Assembly: GCA_010356995.1 (NCBI GenBank)
Contig: ML996687.1
Span: 1,365,803 to 1,429,802 of the forward strand
Length of the DNA: 64,000 bases
Direction of reading: 5' to 3'
Source of the DNA: Trichodelitschia bisporula
Taxonomy: Eukaryota
Below the pieces are notes generated by a model. That model worked only from the letters and a program-made list of their open reading frames with translations. It did no database searches and had not been told where the DNA came from. This document shows positions 35,426-47,699 of the stretch, piece by piece. Made by a program: the position numbers and the translations under genes. Position 1 is the stretch's first letter; each line of letters starts with the position of its first letter.

Positions 35426-37821
35426 ATGGGGGGGTCAAAGGAGGGCTACAACAGCCTCGTCGAGGACTTTCGAGATCGCGAGTATCCTATGCTCAAGGGT
35501 ATGCGCAATGGATAGATGCAGAGTGAAAGGCTTACTCGCCAGGCGCCACGTACCTTGATCATGCCGGCACCACACTCTACGCAAAGTCGCTCATCGAGCG
35601 CTTCTCCACCGACATGGTTTCAAACCTGTATGGCAACCCACACTCCGCCTCCGCTGCCGCCCAACACGCGGCGCATCGCGTCGAAGAGGCACGTCTACGC
35701 CTACTCGCCCTCTTCAACGCCAACCCCGATGACTTCGACGTGGTCTTCGTGGCCAATGCCACGGCTGGGATAAAGTTGGTCATGGAGTGCTTCCGCGAGG
35801 AGGGCTTCTTCTTCGGCTACCACCGGGACTCGCACACCAGCCTGGTAGGCGTGCGGGAAGCGGCGACGGAGAGCAGGTGCTTTGAATCGGATGCTGAGGT
35901 CGAGACGTGGCTCAGGTCAGATGTGCGCTCCAAAAGCCTTCTCGCCTACCCCGCGCAGTCGAACATGGACGGCCGGCGCTTGCCCCTCGAATGGTGTGCT
36001 GCCGCGCGGACGTCCCCGCACATATACACGCTGGTCGACGCCGCCGCCCTAGTCTCAACCTCACCGTTGGATCTGCGCAATGCGCATGACGCACCGGACT
36101 TCACCGTCCTGAGCCTTTACAAGATTTTCGGCTTCCCGGATCTGGGCGCGCTGATCGTGAACCGCAGGGCTGGGAATGCCCTAAGGCGGCGCTACTTTGG
36201 CGGCGGCACGGTGGATATGGTGGTGTGTGTTAAGGAGCAGTGGCATGTGCCGAAGGAGGTGCTGCACGAACGGCTTGAGGATGGCACGCTGCCTGTGCAT
36301 AGCATCATGGCGCTGCATGCTGCGCTGGATGTCCACAGCGAGCTCTTCGGCTCGCTCGGGCGCATCTCGCGGCACTGCGCCTCGCTCGCGCGCCAGCTCT
36401 ACGAAGGACTAGCCGCACTGCGCCACGGAAACGGCGCGCGCGTCTGCGAAATCTTCAAGGATGCATCATCTGACTACCTCAACCCGAGCACGCAGGGCCC
36501 GGTACTCGCCTTCAACCTGCGCAACAGCCAGGGCGCTCCGGTCCCGAACTCAGAGGTCGAGAAACTGGCCTCCGTGCGGAATATTCACCTCCGCACCGGC
36601 GGCGTGTGTAACCCCGGCGGCATCGCATCGCGCCTCGGCCTCGCGCCCTGGGAAATGAAGCGTAACTTCAGTGCCGGTCTGCGCTGCGGCGCCGAGGGCG
36701 ATGTCATGCACGGCAAGGCGACGGGGATTGTGCGTGCCAGTCTCGGCGCCATGAGCACGCGCGCCGACGTTTGCGCCCTCCTCTCCTTCCTGCAAGAATT
36801 CTTCGTTGAGCCCGCCGCGCCCGTCGCGCCTCCCTCGCCTGCTAGTGACGCAGCGCGGTACTACATCGAAAGCCTAACCGTCTACCCCCTCAAATCCTGC
36901 GCGGCGTACAAAATCCCCCCCTCAACGCCCTGGCCCATCCACGCGCACGGCCTCGCCTGGGACAGGGAATGGTGTCTCGTGCGCCCCGGCTCCAACGCTG
37001 CGCTCAGCCAGAAGCGCTACCCGCGCATGGCGCTCCTCGTGCCCACCCTCGATCTCTCTGCCGGCGTGCTAGTCATATCCTGCAGCGACGCCAACCTCGC
37101 GCTCGACCCCATCTCCGTCCCGCTCTCCCTTGATCCCGCACTCTTCCTGCCTTCAACTACGGCAGGCCGTCAGACCCGCGTGTGCGGCGAGGACGTCGAG
37201 GCGGTGATATATGCGAACCCGGCGCTGGCTACGTTCTTTGCAAAGGTATTGGGCTTCGAGGCGCGGCTCGCGCGCTTCCCGCCCGGGGCTGGCGCGCGGT
37301 ATGCCAAGACCGACGTCACGGCCCGCGGGGCGCGGGGTAAGCGCGCTACAGAGCTGAGTATGCCGGGGGCGTTTCCGGAGGAGACGGGATCGGCGCCGAT
37401 GCCGATGCTGCTCGCGAATGAGAGCCCGATTTTGCTGATTAGTCGCTCGAGCGTTAATCGGTTGAATGAGGAGATCAAGAATGCGGGCGGGCGGGCGGTG
37501 CGCGCTTCCGCTTTTCGCGCGAATGTTGTCGTTGCGGAGAGGGAGGGGGGTGGGGGGGAGGAGGCTTATGCGGAGGATAGGTGGAGCGGGGTTAGGTTGG
37601 GGAAGGATGTGAGGTTGAGGTGCTTGGGGGGGTGTAGGCGGTGCCAGATGGTGTGTGTGGATCAGAGGACGGGGGAGAGGAGCGCGGAGCCTTTCTCGAC
37701 GCTGAGTAAGACGAGGAGGAGGGAGGGGAAGGTGTGGTTTGGGCAGCATGCTTGCCTTGAGGGTGAGGAGGGGCGGGTGAGGGTGGGGGAGGGGGTGATG
37801 GTTGAGCGGGGGGAGGAGTGA
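35426..37821 (+). CDS. hxB: Molybdenum cofactor sulfurase (NifS-like + MOSC domains)
   Basis: REYPMLK|ATYLDHAGTT across intron ~35499-35542; motifs YGNPHS, SLYKIFGFPDLG, LRTGGVCNPGG, YPLKSC, DREW, FRANV and CRRCQMVC. Confidence 0.95.
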
Positions 37822-39269
37822 TTCCCGTGATTCTCGTGAGGGGTTGTGGTGATGGTGAGATTTTGGACCCGGGGATGTGGGTTCTAGCGCGCGTCATTCG
37901 GGCTATTTTGGTCATAGTTCGGAGACTTTTTTTGCTCGGCGATGGTGAGCGTTGGGCTTCGTGGGTTGGTGGGTTGGGTGAGGGCCAGAGAATGGATGGG
38001 CGCTTGGGCCGGCGCATGGCCGATGTCGATGGTAGGAGATGCGGGTGGGCATGCGATGCGATGATGATCCTGGGCGCGCTTGATTCCGCGGGCCGGGTTC
38101 GGGAGTTACGGGAGGCCGGCGAAGCGGTCGGCGGCTCCGTGGGGCAACAGATCAGATCTGCATTCTCAATTCGCCAGTGTGCGGCGGAAAAGACGCATTC
38201 TGGAATCCTGATTCGCCAATTCGACGAGAAGTATCACTTTCTCGAATTTCGAAGCTTTCGGCTGGGCTTGATGTGTGTGCTAGTGGCGCTTTGATGGGCG
38301 TCTACGGTGTAGCTTCTGGCGTGTTACGTTGGTGGGTAGAAGCGCCGATGGCATTGTAAGAACGGTTGCATCTCGTGAGGGCACTGGTCGAGATCTTGGG
38401 GGAGCTCTGGCGCGCAACAGGGAAACGTGACAGCGCGGAGATGGCGGAGGCCAATGGGAGGCGTGAGCGGTGGTAGACGGGAGACGTAGCAGCGCAAGCG
38501 CGCGGTCACTGGACCACATCGGTTTCTTTCACTGGATGGGAAACGGGTTGCTTTGGCTTGCTTGCTTGCGTACTCTCTTGCTTTGCTGCCCGTTAGGCGC
38601 TGGAGGGCAGGCGCGCGCTGTCTTTCTGCATCGCATTCTCGTGGGCGCGTCACACTGCTGGTATCGTATGCCCTCTGTGAGCGGGCTTTTTCTCGCGCGC
38701 GAACAACCTGCTACGGGGGGGAGCAGACAACGACACTTTAGAGGCCGGTGCCGGGTTGCTTTAATGGAAGGGGAAGACGAGGCAGCGTATTTTTGGGCAG
38801 GCGATGCGCGGGAGGGGTTCTGTGAACCTGAGGCTGGCCGTTGGGGGGCGAGCGGGTTTTGTGGGTGAGGAAGGCGGAGATGAGATGGGATGGACACAGG
38901 GCATAAGAGATGTGAGGCCCCGCTGTGGCCGTTGGGGAGTGTTGGTTTGCTGCTACGTTCGTTGAAGTCGATTGATGCTCGTTGCTTGACTCGCGTTGCA
39001 GTGAGGTTGTCTCGTTTCCGCTCCTCATCCTCCGCCAGCGCCTCCGCCTCCTCCGCCCCACCGCGTCCCGTGCACTCCGCTCCACCCCCACCTCTCCACC
39101 AAAAAGCTCCACATCTCCGCCTCTTCCGCCCTCATCACCTCCCCGCCCCCACTCCGCCATCACCACATCACACCTCCATCCCAAACATCTCGCCCTGCGC
39201 CGCGCCGCAAAGAACAAAAGAAAGCTCCTTCGCCCCACGGCTCATCACACCCGTCCCGCACCCAGACGT

Positions 39270-39741
39270 GTAAGTCACATTTCCGCCATCCTTCCACTCG
39301 GACACTTGAGCCTCTTGTTCTTCGTTGTCGTCCTGCACGCCCGCTCCGCTCGTCACGTCCCTTGGCCCTAAATCCTTCGGGCCGCAGCCGCTGGTTGGTG
39401 CCCGAACCCCGGTTCCCCCGGGCGCTAGGCCGACCAACCGCGTGCCGCGCCTGGCGGGTGGGCATGCGAAGGGGCCGGATTGGGATGGTGTGGGCGGCTG
39501 TGGGATGCGGGGGCGTGTCTTTTTTTGGCTTTTGGGGATCTTGGTCGTCTCTGTGTTGGTGAAGATGATGACGGGGAATTGAGAGAGACTTCGAACTTTG
39601 CTGTATCCTCGCCTTGCGGGCGTGTACCGATTCCCCTCCACTCATCTTCACCCTCCCCTTCCGGCTGACTGTTGCTGTACGCGGCAGTGGATGAAGAAAA
39701 CCAAATCCACCTGATCAACCGCTAACTGGTCCATCGTGTAG
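39270..39741 (+). other. Probable 5'-UTR intron of the gene at 40382
   Basis: GTAAGT donor at 39270, GCTAAC branch at 39721 and TAG acceptor at 39741, between C-rich leader segments. Confidence 0.55.
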
Positions 39742-40282
39742 TTCCCTTGCCTTTGCCTTAACCGGCCTGCAGGATACTTTACTTACCCTCAGCGTGCATA
39801 ACGCCCGCATCAAGTCTCCTCCCCATCCGACGCAACCTCTCTCTCTTCTCTCCCTCACACACCTCACCCGTCTTCATCAACGCCTCCAACTGCACTGCGC
39901 CTCACGCAGCACCCAAAAACAACCCCCTTCAGGAAAAGCGTCGCGTCTCTGCTCCCTCCCCCCGCCCATCCCCAAGCGCCGACCCCTTCGGCTGTCCCGC
40001 CTTTTCGCTGAATCAGGCGCGTGCAGGTCCCGCTTCGGGGCATATTTGCTGGCTTTATCTGCTGCCCACCCCTCCCCCCCGCCGCCGCTCTCTTACTTCT
40101 CCGACAAAGGCGCCAGTTTCGCATTTCCCCCAAAACTGCGCGGCTTCGTCTCTTTTTACACGGCTTTTCCTCCTTCCTCGTCGCTTGAGCTGTGTGTGGG
40201 GATCCGAGGTGTTGAGCTTAGCTGTCTCTCGTTTTTGACGCGACTCTCGCTCGCTCGCTCTCGCCGTCATCATCACCACCTC

Positions 40283-40312
40283 TCCACCACCACCACCACC
40301 ACCACCACCACC
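40283..40312 (+). repeat. (CAC)n microsatellite
   Basis: About 9-10 CAC units seen directly. Confidence 0.9.
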
Positions 40313-40381
40313 GCACTCTGACCTCTCTCGCCCTCACCATCACTCTCACCACCTCCAACCTCCCTCCCTCCAACCGCAACA

Positions 40382-41338
40382 ATGGCAACAACATCCAAAC
40401 CCACCCTCCCCTCCCTCAAAACCCCCCTCAGCGCCAGCTACCCCTCCGAACTCCGCTCCCCCTTCACCCCCCACACAACCCACTTCAAGCGCGAAGCCGA
40501 CCTCCCCGAAAAAACCCCCATCACCCCGCCCGCCGCCTACCTAGACTTCATTTCCAAGCTCAGTCCCACCGTCGCGACGCCCCTCTCCGCTCCGGGCCAC
40601 CGCTTCTTCCCGGACGAGCCCCATGCGCTGAGTCGCGAGAGCAGCGCGAATAGTATTTCGACGCTGAGTAGTGTTACGAGTGCGGCGAGTGGAGTGAGTA
40701 GCTGCACCAGCGCACCGAGCGTCACGGCATCGGCATCGGCTTCGGCTTCTGCTTCGACTTCCAAGGATGTGGACAGCGGCGACGAGCGCACCCCCAAGAA
40801 GCCCCGCGCGAACAGCTGCTCCTCCACCAGCACCACTTCCACGACCACGGACTCGCGCAAACCCTCGCCTCCCGCCTCCAGCTCGATAGACAAGGCCTTC
40901 GCGCCTCCACCTCTCCCCCAGTCCGCCCGCCTCCCGCATACGTCCTCCAGTTCCTCAGCCCCAACCCCGCAATCCGCCCGCCTCCCCCCCGCAACCCCAA
41001 CCTCGCCCTTCGCCCACCCACACTCAGCACGCACACCGCGCCGTCTCGTCATCCCGCCCGCCTCACCTTATTCCCCTGCTTCCATGCGCAGTCCGCTCGG
41101 CAGCGCAGCGAGCGTGTACTCCCCTTACAGCGCGGGGGCGTACAGCGCGGGACTCACGAGTGGAGGCCTGAACAGTGGGGCTTTGGCGAGTCCACGCGAT
41201 GGGGAGGGGAAGACGAGGGCTGTGAGTGTGCGGCAGGTTGTTACGCGCACTGTGACGTATAGCAGGCCGGCAGTGCGGGAGGGCGGAGTCTTAGTGGAGC
41301 CCGTGCCTGTGAGTCGGAAGAGGAAGGTTGAGGGGTAG
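40382..41338 (+). CDS. Ser/Pro-rich, largely disordered fungal protein
   Basis: 318-aa ORF with ACAATGG start context; KTPITPPxAYLDF and VSVRQVVTRTVTY blocks; C-terminal RKRK putative NLS. Confidence 0.8.
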   Translation: MATTSKPTLPSLKTPLSASYPSELRSPFTPHTTHFKREADLPEKTPITPPAAYLDFISKLSPTVATPLSAPGHRFFPDEPHALSRESSANSISTLSSVTSAASGVSSCTSAPSVTASASASASASTSKDVDSGDERTPKKPRANSCSSTSTTSTTTDSRKPSPPASSSIDKAFAPPPLPQSARLPHTSSSSSAPTPQSARLPPATPTSPFAHPHSARTPRRLVIPPASPYSPASMRSPLGSAASVYSPYSAGAYSAGLTSGGLNSGALASPRDGEGKTRAVSVRQVVTRTVTYSRPAVREGGVLVEPVPVSRKRKVEG

Positions 41339-41618
41339 GGGTTATGAGGAGGGGGGAAAGGAGCGAGGGAGGGCTGAGGGATGTCATGACGACGCGTTTT
41401 CTTGCTGCATGTGGGGTGCGTTTGCGGCGGATACCATCCTGGCGCGTGGGCAACTGGGTTCAACTTGGGGGCGTTTTTTTTGTACTTTTGGAAGGAGATG
41501 CACGGCTACTGTACCGGCTTGGATCCGGCGGGCTTTATTGCGTACCTACTATTATTGAGAAGAGGCAACTGCTGGATGCAGCGAGCGGGGTTATGGGTAG
41601 GCGGATAGCTATGACGAT

Positions 41619-41677
41619 ACATCTACATCTACATCTACATCTACATCTACATCTACATCTACATCTACATCTACATC
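41619..41677 (+). repeat. (ACATCT)n hexanucleotide microsatellite, ~10 copies
   Basis: Perfect tandem repeat seen directly. Confidence 0.97.
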
Positions 41678-42754
41678 CAAATCTCCATCTACGCACTGCG
41701 CCCGCCTGCATTGGAGTCGTGACTTCCCCACCTACTCTCCACCTCGAAACACCCCAAATTCCAAAACTCTCTCTCAGCAGCAGCCGAAACGCGCCAAACC
41801 CCCCCCCTTCCCGTCTCCCTTCCCCGTCCGCTCCTTCCTCCACTCCCCCACCGTCCAAAGAAAAAGCCCTTAATTTTCCCCCCACCCCAGCGGCCCCAAA
41901 CCCGGCCGCACTGCAGGCACGCTCCTTCGTGCCCGGGGTCTGTGCAGTCTTATTGGTTGGACTGGAAGTGTGGGGTTGGCGCCGGTCCCAGCCGAGCCAA
42001 TGAAACGTATTGGTGGCGTGCTTAAGCGCCCAAGTGGAGCCAATGGGACGTGCCCGACTGGGGTGCACGGAAGGCTGAGGTTGGTGGAGATGCTGCGAGA
42101 CGTCTTGTTCTCTTTCTCATGAATTTGAGGGAGAGATACCTGAGAGATACTTGATGCGGGCTGGCAACGTCAGGCTCATGGCGGCAGACACGGCCCGGAC
42201 TACGAGTCATGGCTCGGCTCCTCTGATCGATGCGCGGCCCGCAGAACCGAAGGATCGGGTAGGCGAGGCGTGACTACCCCGGACTCGTGATAGCGATTAC
42301 CCGATGTGGAAGGCGGACGTGTGGTTCCGTGCTGCGATGGACATCCCACGTCTCGCTCTGCAGGCACGGTCTAGATCTTCGTTATTCGGCGGTGGGTTTG
42401 AGGCTGGCTATGTCGTCGAGCATGGCCCACATCCGGCAAGGCGTACATCCGTAGTGATGCTCTATGAGATGCGGCTCACAGCAGCCGCATCTCGTGTCTA
42501 TCACCAACATCTTGCCGTGCCGCAATATACATCACGGTCTCACTCTGCAGACGCGGTCTGGATCTCCATCGCTCGGCGCGGCGTCGGGAGTTGCAGCTGG
42601 CTCGGTATGTCGTCGCGCAAGGACCAGATTCGGCAAGGCGAGGTTAACGACATCAGATGCGGCCCACAGCAGGCCGCGCCTCGCATCCATCACCAACAGC
42701 GCAGGTATGCGTGCGTAAACAGTATCTGATTCCCTCTCCCCTCAAGTTCAACAT

Positions 42755-43675
42755 CTACTGAATCGGCGTAATAGGCGGCAGAAGATCCAACGCCGCACTC
42801 TCCACCTCCCACCCATCCGCCTTCGCCCCTCCCTTAAGGAAGAAATCGCTGCTCGTCGCATTCCCCCTCAGCACCCAATCGAGCCACAACCGCTCCGCCT
42901 TGCCGAACTTGCCGCTATTGGTTTGAGACCACGTCGCCATGTGTCCGACGGGCAGATTGCCCTTCCAGCGCGGCGTCGTCTTCGGAAGCGCCTTGTAGTC
43001 GCGTTCGCCCTGGCCTCATCAGCACCTCCATCATCGCCAGCCCGGGGGGGGACTTACGTTAGCATAGGCGATATCCGAGCTCCCACCAAGGAAGTAAAAG
43101 ATAGGCTTCGTAATCTTCGGCGCAATAGTCGCCTGATTCAACTCGCCCGAGTTAAAAATCCCCACAAACTTGACCCGCGGATCATTCCAAACCGCCAGCG
43201 TCTCCAAGCCGCCACAGCTCTGCCCAGCAGCCGCAATGCGCGTCTTATCCACATTCGCCCACTTCCCCGTCCCCGCGTTCTTCTCCACCCAGTCGAGCGC
43301 CTGCTTCTGCAGCAGCGCCTCCGGCTTGTTCAGATTGCTCGTCATCCCGCCCCCCGCGACGCTGCCCTGCGCGATCGCGAAGAAGCCGTATGACGCGACT
43401 TCCCAAAGCGAGCGCCGGAACAAAGTCCCGTTGCCGCTGCACCCGCCGTTGCCCCAGATCAGGACGGGGAGCTTGAGGCCCGCGGGCGCTTCCTGGGGTG
43501 CGAAGATGGTATGCTTCGGCAGGGAGGCTTCTTCGTAGTAGTGCGAACGGTACGGGCCGGTTGCGAGCGTGCCGACGGTTGAGCCCGCGGGTCCCGCGGC
43601 GGGGTCTTTGGCGCCGCCCAGGCCCTTCTGGCCGAGGGCGAGGGTGGGGGCAAGGAGGAAGAGGGAAAGCTTCAT
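42755..43675 (-). CDS. Secreted alpha/beta hydrolase (GQSCGG esterase)
   Basis: Signal peptide; motifs LPVLIWGNGGC, IAAAGQSCGG, GGSSDIAY (Asp) and VGHMAT (His); one intron ~43013-43057. Confidence 0.88.
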
Positions 43676-46227
43676 TTTCGGTGCCGGAAGAGACTGGTGG
43701 TGGGGTTGGGTGAAGGGGCCGGCTGTGCGGCGGTATATCTATCACACTGAGGGGATGGTGCCATTGTGCAGTGCCGTTCTAGGGCGAACTCCCGTGACCG
43801 TGGAGACGAGAACGAGTTGAACGAGGTGGGCGTGTGCGGCATCTTTAAAGGGTCGGAGATTTGGGCGGGGAGTTCGTTGCCCTAGCTTGGCGGGGGTGCT
43901 GTGTGCCGGTTGGTGCTTTTGGGGCTGGAGGGGTGTAGAATAGAGGGAGTATAGAGGTGCGGGCCGGACTAAGGAGGGCAAAATCGCGAGATTGAGTGGT
44001 GACAGATGGCGATGGGGCGATGGTCGATGTATATCCCACGTGCGGCGATATTGGATGCCTGTGAGTTTGTAAGTTAGGATGCTTAGCGGATATTGCTCGA
44101 CGCTGTCTGAATTGATTTAGCCCGATGATATTGCAGTGCAAGGAACGGATAACTCGGTACAGAGAGAGAATGAATCCGGGTTCCTGAATCGGGCCGAGCT
44201 GAATCGGTAGGACAGATGCTGCTGTCCGTGGACTAACCGAACAGAGGTTGATTCGGATGTTCTGGATCCATACTGTGGCTGGGAGAGCCTTCCCAATAAT
44301 GGAAGCATACGCTTGACACATGCAAAGGCTACGGTGCGAAGTGAAGAGTTGATAAAAGACGAAGAGAAGAAGAGAGTCAAGAGACGCTCGAGACTGGATA
44401 CACGATGTGGCAAATATGTTCCCATGTTCCTTCCTCCTATCTTGTGCACATCACTTCCACCATGTTCAGCTAAAGGCAGTCGCATCAGCCCCACCCATCT
44501 GCAAACCGATGTACCAAGCTCCTCCTCGTTCTGAAATCGGGTGCGGCTCTGGAGCAGCTATGTGGTGGCGGCGAGATGAACGAAGTTGCATACGTTCCTG
44601 CGGATTTCGTAGGATAGCCATATTCGCCGCAAGCGCACGGGGGTTTCATGGCCGGGTCGACAGCGCGCTGGAAGTGTTTGAACCAGGATGGAACTCATGG
44701 TTCAAACTCATCCAGTGCGCTGTCGACCGAGGGACACACGGACTGCCTCTCGAGTTTTGACAGAGCTTGCCCCATGCTGCCTTTGCCTTTACAGCTGCAC
44801 ACCGCCATGAGATGCTCGCGCATACACCTCATCCTGCGCAGTTCGTCCTGGGAAGATCTGAGAGGGCATATACTGTGACAAGCGGTCTGATACTGGACCT
44901 GAAGACACACTCGATGGTCGGCTCCAGCGCATTTCTGTCCTTCGAGTTCAGGGCCCTAGGCCTGGCCGAGTGTAGGGCCGCACGGCAGTGCTTATAGCGA
45001 GACAAGCCCGCCAAGTTGGTGGATCCAGTCCGGGCGTAAACTGATGCATAAAGTGGCAGATTGGAAAGCACTCACGGGCTTCTTCGGCAAGGGACGCTGC
45101 AACGAACTTGTACGAGGAGCCGCCTCTCCGTCTCCATCAACAGAGGTAGGGAGATGGAGGGGGAACACTCTGAAGCTGCCGAGTCAATGGCCATGAGCTT
45201 TCTGCCGAGTACCTGACCTTCGTTACACGGGTCACGAAGGTCAGATAGTAACAAATTCGATTCAGCGTCCGATGCACTTCCGTATGGTCCGTCCACATAC
45301 GTAGTATGCAGACGAACCGTTGGGAGATGCACCAGACGATGAAACCGATCTATTACTACCCGGCCTTTGTCGTACGGGTTAACATCCTCATTGGAACCAC
45401 ATTCCAGTGAGTTGAAGGACGGAACGCATCCGAATCACGGAGGTTGACCAGAGACGCAGCAGCCGGCTCGCTCATACGGTCCGGTTCAACAAACTGCATG
45501 GCCTTAATAGAATTAGCCTATGAAGCCTATGGACCGGAGACTGGGAGACTTACCAATGTCCGGAGTGTTTACCGGTCTTAGCCGGTTGAACACACTAGCA
45601 GGAGCTACTGAACGCCTCCAAAGGGCTTATCAACGACCTCCCGCAGGCGATTGCCATTGATGATCAAGCTGGGAGGAAATCTCTGGTTCAAGAACCTGTG
45701 TGACAGACAGGATATATATATATGGCCCGGTCTGTGGAACATGTGATGTCACTTGACGTCCCAAAGTGGAGTCTATGGATCAGACTTCGAAGTGACATAC
45801 CATCATCGCCAAGCCGCCTCTCTCATCACTCATGATGCCGTCGCATCATCGCCTCGATCGCAGCGTTTGCAGCACAATGACTCCATTAACATCCCATCTT
45901 TTCAGCATAGAAGCAAACAAACCTCGTGGTGGGTAGCAAGATCTTAAGAACGTGCCCAAAACCCGGTCTCCACCTCCCACGCAGACAACCGCACGAACCG
46001 TTACCCTAAGGTTAACACCCAAGCCAAGACCCCAGGCCTCGCATCCCGCCTTACAAATCCGCCTTAAGCCTAAACAAGCAGCTCGCATCTCCACCTGCTC
46101 CGCACCAGCAGCTCCAACCTCAACATCAGGACGTGATCCCCTATCCTACATCATCACTCTCTCCAAACCCTCACTCCCTCACCCCATCACCACACCCGCG
46201 CGCATCCCGCACAAACCCACCGCAGCT

Positions 46228-46907
46228 ATGCCCGCCCAAGCATCGTCCTTCGCGACGTTCCTAATCATCGGGCGTACGTCCCCACCCCACAAACCCCCTC
46301 CTCCCTGTCCCCAACTGATATCTGCCTAGCAACATGTTTCTTCCTGGGTATCCTCTTCATCCTCCTCCCCTACGACTACTACGTCCTCTGGTCCACCCCC
46401 CTAGACCGCGCGCCCTACTTCGACCGCCTCGAAGCGCACCTCAGGTTCCTGCACTCGTCCCCGCCCCTAATCTCGCGCATCCTGCACATCGCCATCGGAA
46501 CCGGACTCCTCGGGTTCATAACCAAGCTCTACAAGCCCTCCGAGGCGAACATGCTTTTCGACGGTGCGAGCCTCGTACTCTACATGTGCGCGATTACCGT
46601 GTACATCGCGAACGTCGTCAAAGGCCTGCGGGTCGTGACGGCGGGCGCGTACGGGACGGAACTAGTGCAGGGCGAGGCGGTGGCGGCGATGGGTGCGGGG
46701 CCGGGGCAGGAGGTTGACGTCATCGGCAGAGAGGATAGTCTGCGTGTTCTGGCGGCGAGTAACACGATCCTTGCGCTCGTGCTTATTGGTGTTTTGGTGC
46801 TGCAGGCGGGGCAGTGGTATGCGCTGCATAAGGAGGAGGCGGAGACAGAGGAGATGGAGACGCGGGAGCGGGCGGCTGAGAAGCGGAAGCTTAAGAAGAA
46901 GAACTGA
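46228..46907 (+). CDS. SHR3: ER membrane chaperone for amino-acid permeases (Shr3)
   Basis: FATFLIIG|ATCFFLG..PYDY..LW, FDGASLVLY and LAASNTIL..LxGVLVLQAGQWYA; intron ~46274-46329. Confidence 0.9.
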
Positions 46908-47699
46908 GGTGCCGGGTAGGGGAGGTATTTGTACGGATGAAGGAAGAGTTGGGGGTTTGGGATGAAGTAATGATTCCGCTGCTGGGGTGGGGGATCCGGT
47001 ATTCTGCTACGACATGACGCCTGGAGAGCGTTTTGCGTTGCGCCGCTCTGGTTCTACTGCTCAATACCATAATGCTTTCACCTGAGGAACAATCAATGTG
47101 CTCACCACGCAGAAGCTTAGTTAATCCGTCTCTACAGCTACCGCGCGCCGCGGCGTGTGCGCGAGTCCCGTTGCTAGCCCATTACGCGGCAATATGCCAT
47201 GCCACCGTCGTGTATCTCGAGTCTCTGCCTTCCGCCCCCTCGCGAGTGCTATTGTACACAGCCCCCCTCTCTCCCCACTCAGCAACAGCAAACCGAATGA
47301 TAAAACAAGCAAGTCTTGGGGGTACTTTGCAGAATGCACGCTGCCGCCGAATGCCCGTGGAGAATCAGAGAAGAGAGAGAGAGAGAGCAAGAGAGATAAA
47401 GAACGCAAAATCGCAAAGCTCCCAGATGCAAAGCCCCCCCAAACCAAACCCGCATATGAGAGCCAAAAAAAATCATCACACGAAAAGCTAGATCCACACG
47501 AAAGTCAGAAGACAGAGAGTTTTGATATTAACACGTTGGCTTTTTCGTCCATCACACGCTTCAAGCAGACACACCCTTACCAGCCGCTGCCGAACCACCC
47601 CGTTTTCCCCACGCGTCCCAATGCTGATGAAGCCCCGAAGTCGACAGCCGATTATGCGCAAGGTCGCCCGTAAGGGAAATGAATGAGATCGCGAGATGC

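Noticed and set aside
41344..42068. ORFs with (HL)n and (RC)n runs
   Set aside because: Translation artefacts of the ACATCT microsatellite.
45072..45332. YVDGPYGSAS, resembling a NADPH oxidase/ferric reductase motif
   Set aside because: Isolated motif with no other Nox or FRE features nearby.
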